A stretch of 64,000 nucleotides of DNA from a virus. Lineage: Duplodnaviria > Caudoviricetes. The position numbers and the translations under genes were made by a program. Below are positions 47,900 through 55,950 of the stretch, piece by piece; the first letter of the stretch is position 1; every line of letters starts with the position of its first letter. Below the pieces are notes generated by a model. That model had not been told where the DNA came from. It saw only the letters and a program-made list of their open reading frames with translations, and did not search any database. Location of the stretch: IMG/VR virus record IMGVR_UViG_3300009031_000221, positions 192,001 to 256,000 of that record. One strand, given 5' to 3'.

Positions 47900-49000
47900 G
47901 CCCCCATGCATTACCCGCAGGCCGGAGTATCATATTTCACTCCAGGATCCCCACAAACGTATGGGTTTCGAACCCTCCGTCACGTTCATTCGCCCTTTCG
48001 GGGCTCGAATCATATGCACGGTTAGATACCACCCTATCCGTGCAAATCCAGTGAGGGGGCTCTTGGTAAAGTCCCCCCAACCCTGGTAACTCCCTATGTT
48101 ATTGGGGCCGGTTCGGGTTCCGGCACTTCACTGCAGCTAACCGCAGCGCCCAAATTCGATTGTGGGGCTATCACGGCTTACCCACCAACGCACTCCATCC
48201 GTTCTTGTGTGAGTTCTCCCACAGAAGTACCGATTTGAGGCTGGGTTCCGGTTATCCCGGTCACACTCATGGAAGGCGTTCCATGCCAGCTTAGGCCCGA
48301 TCCCGGCCATACGTGCAGCGTGTAGGTTCGGTCAACCCCACGTTTCAATGAGCGCTGGTAGCTTAGGTCTCTACGTTGCAGTCACGCTGCAATCCGCCTA
48401 CCAGTCTTACCTAGACCTTAGACCCCATCGTATTTTGGACACGGTTTCCCGTGTCACACACTTCGTCCACACCTATTGAGCTAGGATAGAAGCTAACTCC
48501 CGATGTTATTGGGGACGGTACGGGTTCCGTGATTTCGCTGAGGGGTTTAGCCTGCAACGCCCAATATTGTTGACAGGACGTACCCATCATCGTATTTGCC
48601 CCCTGTTTGAGCTTATGTCATCCGGGGGCGCAATGACGTAATTTGCTCTTTACCTATACCCAGTTGTCTCCCGTAGGAGATCGTATTTATGGCTGTCCCG
48701 AATGTAAAACTAGGACTATCGCCAGCCACATGCGACCCTTTTTCCCACCCACTACGGTGAGTTCACCTCGTCAGAAGGGCTCCGACTAGGGGCAGTGAAC
48801 CCCTGGTATGTTGCCTCATACGTTATGAGGTCGTTCTGGATGGAGGCTAGGGATCACACCCCCCTAGCATGTCCCGCCCACGTTCGACGGGTCTATTCAA
48901 CGGCGGTCGCCGTGCCCCAACCCTAGTAGACAACCCCGCTCGAGGGTGTCGTCGATTGTTCATATGAATCGGACTGCCAGCCCTGTTCGGCTCCGCAAAG
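47900..49000 (-). ncRNA. Candidate large structured ncRNA, copy 1
   Basis: No convincing ORF; many hairpins, internal repeats and covarying stems. Confidence 0.55.
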
Positions 49001-49009
49001 GGGTGCCTA

Positions 49010-49700
49010 CTAGGGGCCAGTGATCCCGACCCATATGTCCCCGACTGGGAGCTACCCAGCCGGATGGCTTATGCATGCCTGCATTCGCCAAAGTTCTATC
49101 GTGTTGGGCACTGACCGGGATGGACGGGCCTCACACCCGCAACCACCCCGTCTTGCCGACGGGTCCTCTGCAAATCTCTTTTCCCTCCAGGTAGCCTCAC
49201 CTTCGGTACTAAGAAATCCGGGATCCTCCTGAACGGGCCTTGGCCAAGGTTTGCCGTTAATTCGGATTGCCTACTTGCAGCTACACGCCGGGTCAATGCC
49301 CAACAGTTCAAGGCAGAACAGGATCCAGAAGCAACCGGTTTGCCCTCCGGAGGATCCTCACAGTGTTACTCTCTAGCGGGGGTTCGATCTTTTGGACGGG
49401 CAAGTCCTCAACCGCCGTACCGCCTCGGACAAAGTGGGGCTTTCAGTTCAGGGCACATTTTCAGCCCCTACCCTATCTTCCGCACCCTGTTCTGCCGTGA
49501 ACATGTTCTGCCGAGAGTGAAATGAGGGAGCTTTACGGCATCCACACGGTATTGGCTCCTTTTACAGGGAGCACGAATAGGGCACTGCAGACCCTTTGAC
49601 ACCGCAGTAAAAAGCATCTCCCGTCTGCCACGACCCCTTGCGGGCCACTTCACTCTCGGCAGAACTTCTAGAGCCTGAGGCGGTTCGCAACCGCCCTCTT
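49010..49700 (-). ncRNA. Three consecutive end-paired structured domains of 160-205 nt
   Basis: Terminal stems 49102-49118/49288-49305, 49312-49322/49486-49496 and 49505-49524/49646-49665; promoter motif at 49707-49732. Confidence 0.55.
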
Positions 49701-49734
49701 GTTCCATCTACGCGGCAGCCCCTGAAGGTAAGCC

Positions 49735-50480
49735 CCGCCACGGTCGTATTTGCCTCCCTGAGTGGGCTTCCAGCATCCGGGAGGCATGATGGATAGAAAA
49801 CGCCCTTTACCTATACACGGTAATGCCCCACGTCTGCGGCATCGTTCTGCTGTGGCACTAGGGCTGCGTCCCTAGCATGGCTCGCGTCCACGTTCGACGG
49901 GCCACTACAGCAAGAGTGCTGTAACCACGGCTTGGTTGACCATCCCCGTGCGGGGGATATCAGTCGTATTTGCGTGGCAACGGGTTGGCTACCGTATCAA
50001 TCCTGGCCATTGCAGACCCGAATCCCGCCATCGCAATTACCCCCACCACATGGGCGACGGCTGCGATACGGTGCCTCGGTTTAACGCCGAGGCTCGATCC
50101 ACACACTGTTTAGGGCTTGTGTCCGCACAGGACGGCCCTTCGTTCTTTGACCAGCCCAGGGTTCGTCCTGAACCTCCGCCCTGTTGGGCGGCGTGCTTCT
50201 TACACCATCTGATCGCAACTAGGCATCTTCGGGTAGCGAGCCAGAAGATGTAGGTGCTGGTTTCGAACCCAACACCTTGTTCCCCATCGTTCGGGGGGAA
50301 GGGGCCGAAGCCCCCGCCCCAAGTCCTTGGATTTGCCCAACCCCCATTACACTGCTTCAGCTACCAAAGCCCGCTTTGCAGTCCCGACCTTCAAGGGTGT
50401 CGTCCCCTAACATCCTTTACGCGATTTGGCATGGACACAGAGTCGAACCCTGTTCGGAAAGCTCGCAGCCTCCCGTCCAT
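49735..50480 (-). ncRNA. Candidate large structured ncRNA, copy 2 (partial paralog of copy 1)
   Basis: Shares blocks with 48590-48891; promoter motif at 50487-50512. Confidence 0.55.
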
Positions 50481-50531
50481 GATCCATCTACGCATGAACC
50501 ACCTGAAGTAAGCCCAGGGTTCAGATCTTTT

Positions 50532-50639
50532 TCAGTCGTCGTCATCCCAGTCATCCCGGTCGTCCCGATCAACGCCCCAGTCGGGGTTCGCACCAGGACC
50601 AGGGTCGCCCGCAACGTGACGCCACACAACCAGTTTGCC
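50532..50639 (-). pseudogene. Displaced duplicate C-terminus of the 53122-54120 gene
   Basis: Encodes GKLVVWRHVAGDPG plus an acidic tail, same peptide as 53161-53202 with synonymous differences. Confidence 0.8.
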
Positions 50640-50668
50640 ACCACGTTGGACATCCAACTTTCGGATAT

Positions 50669-51919
50669 TTACAGGCTTTCCCGAACCAATGGATCCCCGC
50701 CGCAGACTTTGCATGGCACCAGCGTCTTCAAGGATTCTTCGGTGACGGTGACGTTTTGTTTGGTGCCTATGGTTGCCACGTATCGGCATTCAGGAGCGTG
50801 AACAACCGTGGAATGCGATGATTTTACCACTAGATTTCCGATGATGTCAGCCAAGGTCAAGCGGGCTTCCACTTTTACCAAGTTGGTGATCTGACGATCT
50901 TCATCATCCAACCCAAGGATCTCATTGATCAGATCTGTGCTTCGCGGGTGGCCGTACCTAGCAGCTTTGCGTTGTTGGATTTCATTCAAGTCTTTCCACA
51001 TGCCCATGCCGGATGCTTTTGCCGATGCTTCTAGTCTGTTGTAAGTGTCCAGCACGAAAGGTTCGATTGGGAACACGTCTAAGACTTCTGCACACCCTTC
51101 TTCCAGAAGGGTTTCACCCATCAATCTTCCATCCACTAGGATGTGGGCGGTCAAGCGTCCATACCGATCGTAGACCCATCCTTGTTGAACTTGTTCGGCA
51201 TCCAAGCGGATGGAAATGTTGGTGGCTTGACGAAGGATGCGTTCCGCCATGTGGGTTGCCTGCAATCCGTAGTGCCCAATGGATTTGGTTGGGTGGCACG
51301 TCTCCGGGCAGTCAAAACCAACAAGGCGAACCTTGAAGTTTTCACCCGTGGATGGGATAGCCACCCGAACCGTATCGCCGTCAATGATGTCCGTCAAAGA
51401 ACAGGGGACGGCCTTTGTTCCAAATTTCGGGGAAGGCCATTTGTTCTGGGTCACAAGCCCCAAACATTCCTGCTTGTACTTGGCAGTCCGCTCTTGAACT
51501 TGTGCATCCCGATCTTTTCCGATGTCGTCCCCAAACATGGTGGCTACCGTAGCCACTAGTGGTTTCTGTGCAAACAGCTCTGCCCTACGGACCTGGTTTT
51601 CCCGCATCTTGGTTAGGTACTTGCGAGCCCTCGATGAATTTCCGTTTGTGATTGCTTGGATTTGACGCGATGTGTTGTTACCCAACAATGGTTCTAGATC
51701 GTCCCGTGCAATACCAAGACCTGCAAGTACGGTTTGTGTCGCTCGTTCTTGCTGTTGCAGTTGCCGACCAAAGGCTTTCAGGTCTTCCCCTTTGGCTTTC
51801 AGGTCTTCTTCCACACCACGCATTCGCTTCCCCCATGTTGTGAACGGGATCAGGTGTGGCAAAACCAAAAGCACAAGGATCCCAAGCCAAGCTAGTGTTC
51901 CCCATGTTGCGTATTCCAT
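50669..51919 (-). CDS. Membrane-anchored thermonuclease (SNase family)
   Basis: N-terminal TM helix; IDGDTVRV, RLVGFDCPE, DRYGRL. Confidence 0.85.
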   Translation of the reverse strand: MEYATWGTLAWLGILVLLVLPHLIPFTTWGKRMRGVEEDLKAKGEDLKAFGRQLQQQERATQTVLAGLGIARDDLEPLLGNNTSRQIQAITNGNSSRARKYLTKMRENQVRRAELFAQKPLVATVATMFGDDIGKDRDAQVQERTAKYKQECLGLVTQNKWPSPKFGTKAVPCSLTDIIDGDTVRVAIPSTGENFKVRLVGFDCPETCHPTKSIGHYGLQATHMAERILRQATNISIRLDAEQVQQGWVYDRYGRLTAHILVDGRLMGETLLEEGCAEVLDVFPIEPFVLDTYNRLEASAKASGMGMWKDLNEIQQRKAARYGHPRSTDLINEILGLDDEDRQITNLVKVEARLTLADIIGNLVVKSSHSTVVHAPECRYVATIGTKQNVTVTEESLKTLVPCKVCGGDPLVRESL

Positions 51920-51961
51920 GACATTCGTCCTTGCGGGGCATCATCCGTGCCCATGTCTTAT

Positions 51962-53125
51962 CTACGCGGGGCGGACAGAAAGTAAGCCTTTGGCATCAAC
52001 TTTCCGTGAAGTTAACGCTTCCTCGGGTGCCATACCTCGTGCTAGACGACTTCGTATCCAAGCAGCACTTAGGTCCACTTCCTCGATCCAGGCTGCCAAG
52101 CACTGAGTCCTACCCCATGCCTTGATCATCAGGTTATCGTTTCGGTTACGCATCTGTTCCTGATTTGTGGCCCAACGAACATTCCCTGGGTGATACCCCT
52201 TATCGTTGTCTATTCGGTCAAGAGTGTGTTTCGCAGATGGGGCATGTCCAACGTGTTCCAGGAAAGATGCAAAGCCGCCTGGGGATTTCCACCCTTCATG
52301 TAGGGTTCGTTTTCCATCACGGCATCTCCGCACCATCTGATACCAATGTTTGTATTCCTTGGATGCCGATGGAGTATGTGCCCGTGAATCTCTACCTTGT
52401 ATGGATTCAGGCGTAGGGTCTCTACGAAGATTCGGGGTGGACACAATTTGTTCTGGAGTCCAGCCAAGGGCCAACCTTGCAGCCAAAGTGTTCGTTTTGA
52501 TGCCGATCTCTTCGGCCCATGCTGTCAGACTTTGCGTCCTCCCGAGGGCTTGTAGAAATCTGGTTTTGGATGTGTTTCTAGCCTGTTCTTTAGGGGATGC
52601 CCAACGGACATTCCCTGGCACATACCCCAAGTTATTGTCAATCCTATCCAGGGTGTTGTGCCCTTTTGGAGACACACCTACATGATCCAGAAAGGATACA
52701 AATCCGTCATGCCCAACCCACTCAGGGTGTACGACAACACCTTTGCCACCGTATTCTGGGTAGGCTGTAGAGGTGTGCCTGAGACATCGATCCAGCATGC
52801 CCTGCCAGGATTTGTATTCCGGGGTGTCTGACTTCCCATGTGTGCTTTCCCAACCGGCCGCCTGGAGTCTCTCAGGTGACCAGCAACCACATGAGGTGGT
52901 GTTCCCGGATTGAATGTGGTCCAAACGGGTTACGAATTGCCGTCCACAGTCGCATTGCACCGTGACTTCGTATCTCTTTGTCCCTGCTCTCCTGATGGAT
53001 TCACTCAGGACAAGAATCCTGCCAAATCGTTCGCCTTTCCATGATTTCTTGTTTCTCATGTGGACAAGGTAACACAATCTCCCTTTCGTGTCCAACATTC
53101 GCACAATCAAATATGTGGCGTTCAA
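51962..53125 (-). CDS. Homing-type endonuclease with two tandem HNH-like modules; likely start MRNKKSW at 53059
   Basis: Two copies of TLDRIDN..GY.PGNVRWA; CDCG..SCGC. Confidence 0.85.
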   Translation of the reverse strand: MNATYLIVRMLDTKGRLCYLVHMRNKKSWKGERFGRILVLSESIRRAGTKRYEVTVQCDCGRQFVTRLDHIQSGNTTSCGCWSPERLQAAGWESTHGKSDTPEYKSWQGMLDRCLRHTSTAYPEYGGKGVVVHPEWVGHDGFVSFLDHVGVSPKGHNTLDRIDNNLGYVPGNVRWASPKEQARNTSKTRFLQALGRTQSLTAWAEEIGIKTNTLAARLALGWTPEQIVSTPNLRRDPTPESIQGRDSRAHTPSASKEYKHWYQMVRRCRDGKRTLHEGWKSPGGFASFLEHVGHAPSAKHTLDRIDNDKGYHPGNVRWATNQEQMRNRNDNLMIKAWGRTQCLAAWIEEVDLSAAWIRSRLARGMAPEEALTSRKVDAKGLLSVRPA

Positions 53126-54120
53126 TCCTCCCAGTCATCTTGATCCCAATCACCACGTCCTCCTGGATCCCCTGCGACATGTCTCCAAACTACGAGTTTT
53201 CCTTCCCGCAGTGCCTCCTGAATTACCGCCGGGAGTGACTCAAGCGTCAGAAGGGTATCGCCTTTTTGCCCTGTGGCATGATCCGTCAAACACACCCCAG
53301 CATCCACGATGCGAAGGTTCATGTCGCATACGCATTCCAACCTACGGGTCATGAAACGGTACTGCACAACCATCTCACCCTTGTTGAAGGCCGGACGGCT
53401 ATCCAGCAATTCCGCACCCGACACTGCCAACGCAGCCCTTGCAGCCGCAGGAAAGTCATGTGCCGCCATTGCACGCCGGCCGGCCCCCGTGCCCATGTTC
53501 TTACGTGCCTCAACCATCTTCTCTTCGGCAATGCGCTTCTTCTCTGCTTCATCCCGAAGGCGCCGACATTCCTTTTCCCAGGCCTCCGCCTTGAGCCGTT
53601 GCGTGGTCAACCAACGGAAAGCAAGATCAAGTGCCGGTGTCACGGCTTGGATATGATCCAGGTTTTCCAATCGATCCTGATATGCCGCCGTGACTTCCAT
53701 CTCAGGCCCTTGCGGGAACTCCTGACGGATGTAACACAGGGCATTTGTTTGAGGGATACGAACCGCAACGGCACGGCTGAACCGATCCATGCCGGCTTCA
53801 ACGAGGAACACTGGAATGGTTTGCTCAATCAACTTGTCAGGGTTGGGATCAACGCGGGCTTGATCCGAGATCAATCGATCCCCTACAAGGTAGCCGCGCA
53901 CAACCTTGAGGCCTTGCTCGAAGTCTGGATCGGGATCAACCTGTGTACGTCCAACCAACGTAGCATCCCTGCCACCTGAGGTCTTGAACTTGTACCATCC
54001 GTGTTCCGGTGGGAGACGACCCTGAATATCCCACGTGCGGTCACGCCAGTAGACCTTGCGGCCCCCAGTCCATGGAAGCGTTCGCTCCGTGTCCGTTTCT
54101 AGTAGGTCTTGCCATCCCAT
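53122..54120 (-). CDS. Conserved hypothetical protein with a candidate E2-like C-terminal domain
   Basis: IVDAGVCLTD..TLESLPAVIQEAL resembles the UBC GxICL motif and following helix; inference. Confidence 0.5.
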   Translation of the reverse strand: MGWQDLLETDTERTLPWTGGRKVYWRDRTWDIQGRLPPEHGWYKFKTSGGRDATLVGRTQVDPDPDFEQGLKVVRGYLVGDRLISDQARVDPNPDKLIEQTIPVFLVEAGMDRFSRAVAVRIPQTNALCYIRQEFPQGPEMEVTAAYQDRLENLDHIQAVTPALDLAFRWLTTQRLKAEAWEKECRRLRDEAEKKRIAEEKMVEARKNMGTGAGRRAMAAHDFPAAARAALAVSGAELLDSRPAFNKGEMVVQYRFMTRRLECVCDMNLRIVDAGVCLTDHATGQKGDTLLTLESLPAVIQEALREGKLVVWRHVAGDPGGRGDWDQDDWED

Positions 54121-54437
54121 CAGATATCACCCAGCAATTTATGCATCCGTAAGGCTTCGGCTTGAAAAGCCGACTTCATTCTAATTGGGGAAAGGGTACC
54201 CCAATTGTGCCGATCCAAAGCCATTACCCACTTGGCACCTTCCAACGAACATGTCAAATTTCCTAGAGGCGTATCGCAAGCCCAGTACGCGAAATCTGTG
54301 CAATTGGCAAGCAACTCATTGCTCGAGAAATCACTTTCCGCCCACTGCCAATTCGCTCCAGGCAACGCCTTCAAGGCCTCTGCCAACCCCTTGGTCTTTT
54401 GATCTTTCGCTCGTTGTGCGGGTTTATTGTTCAACAT
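54120..54437 (-). CDS. Hypothetical protein
   Basis: 105-aa ORF with overlapping stop/start. Confidence 0.6.
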   Translation of the reverse strand: MLNNKPAQRAKDQKTKGLAEALKALPGANWQWAESDFSSNELLANCTDFAYWACDTPLGNLTCSLEGAKWVMALDRHNWGTLSPIRMKSAFQAEALRMHKLLGDI

Positions 54438-54999
54438 TCCAGTACTTCTTGATTTCAGGCAAGTGCCTGTTGATGGCCTCTTTCAAGGCCTTCTCCGCCA
54501 TCTTCGCATTCTCGACGTTCTTTTGTCCGTAGGGAACCTGCTTGATCTTCCGGAACCCCAAGTTGCCTTTGGGGGAGAGGCTGACCATAGATCCAACCGT
54601 GGCGTATGCCAGATGAAGATACATCCTACCAAACATCCCCCGGCTGTCCGAGTAGACCGGATCCACATTCAAGGACAACCTCACAGGGGCATCAAACTCA
54701 AACGTGTCCTCGGCTACAACCGTCAGCGGAACATTCTTGAGCCAGAAGTTCTGGACTTCGTTGAAGGTATCAGGCGGGGCATCCGACAGGGGTTGCCCAA
54801 TGGCTTCCCAGGAAGTGCCGTTGTTGATGAAGCTCAGGTTGAATGAATGCCGTGCCCAACCGACGAATACGGTGCACTGGGCTTGAACGCCTTCCTGCTT
54901 CGAGCCCTTATGAGGGAATCGATCCACACGCCACACCTTCAAGGTGTGTTTTTGGGGCGTGGTATCCTCCCATGAAGCCCATTTGCCGTTGTCGATCAT
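54424..54999 (-). CDS. Hypothetical protein
   Basis: 191-aa ORF in operon context. Confidence 0.65.
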   Translation of the reverse strand: MIDNGKWASWEDTTPQKHTLKVWRVDRFPHKGSKQEGVQAQCTVFVGWARHSFNLSFINNGTSWEAIGQPLSDAPPDTFNEVQNFWLKNVPLTVVAEDTFEFDAPVRLSLNVDPVYSDSRGMFGRMYLHLAYATVGSMVSLSPKGNLGFRKIKQVPYGQKNVENAKMAEKALKEAINRHLPEIKKYWNVEQ

Positions 55000-55002
55000 T
55001 GG

Positions 55003-55485
55003 TTAACCCCGCGTATGCTTGAATGGCCGCATCGGCATGACCGTACGATCGAGTTCCTCGTACAAGGCCTTGAGGCGGGTACGAAGGGCGCGTCCCTTCT
55101 TCGCCGCTGCCGGGCGGCTGATCTCGTTATCGCAGTGGAGATTCTCGGGGGAAAGGGCGGATAGGGTGATGTGAATTTCGCGAATGACCACTTCCCGGCT
55201 ACGCTTTGGGGTGGTGCCGTACACGATATCCCCAATGATCTTGTCAACCTTCGCCACATGATCCGCCGGCATTGGAAAGGGACTCAGCATCCCACGCACT
55301 ACCGGGGTCATAAGGGAAGCGGGGACATTCCACAAGGAACCCGCCTTGGACGTACTGCCACGGCTTTCCAACAGTTCCACCTTGCACTTTTTCGCATTGA
55401 CCTTGACGATCTTGCCCAGGGATTTCTCACCATGGGTAAGGCCAAACGTGACTTGGAGGCCAACCTTGCACTCGTAGTGTTCCAT
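55003..55485 (-). CDS. Hypothetical protein with N-terminal SH3/KOW-like segment
   Basis: GKIVKVNAKKCKVEL; follows the promoter motif at 55525-55550. Confidence 0.6.
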   Translation of the reverse strand: MEHYECKVGLQVTFGLTHGEKSLGKIVKVNAKKCKVELLESRGSTSKAGSLWNVPASLMTPVVRGMLSPFPMPADHVAKVDKIIGDIVYGTTPKRSREVVIREIHITLSALSPENLHCDNEISRPAAAKKGRALRTRLKALYEELDRTVMPMRPFKHTRG

Positions 55486-55557
55486 CGTAGGTTCCTTAAG
55501 GCATCATCTGCGCCTCGTGTAACATCTACGCTACTAGGGACGAAAGTAAGTCCGGTA

Positions 55558-55869
55558 TCACCACTGCGGTACAACCCGCTTTTCCGTAGTGACCTGATCC
55601 GTCGAAACTACATGGCCGCAGACGGTGCAAGTCTTTGTCCACTTGGGCTTTTCCTGCCGAGGGACGAACACGTCAAGGAATTTCGGCCCTACATGGTAAT
55701 GACCGGGTGCCGTATATGCCTCAGTGATTTCGGGGGTATAGATCCCGTTCGGATTGTCCCATTGATGGACGCAATCACGACGGATGCTAGCTAGTTGGTT
55801 CTTCAGGCGTGTTGTTGCATACTCGGCATCTGCCACATCTCGTACTAGTTTTTCAATGTCGTATCGCAT
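55558..55869 (-). CDS. Hypothetical protein with zinc ribbon
   Basis: CVHQW..CTVCGH; GGAGG RBS. Confidence 0.65.
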   Translation of the reverse strand: MRYDIEKLVRDVADAEYATTRLKNQLASIRRDCVHQWDNPNGIYTPEITEAYTAPGHYHVGPKFLDVFVPRQEKPKWTKTCTVCGHVVSTDQVTTEKRVVPQW

Positions 55870-55950
55870 CGTAGGGTTCCTCCTTGAAAGGGGAAATCAA
55901 TGCCCGGGGTGAGATGATGGACGGTCTCACCCCGGGCATTGACATTACTT

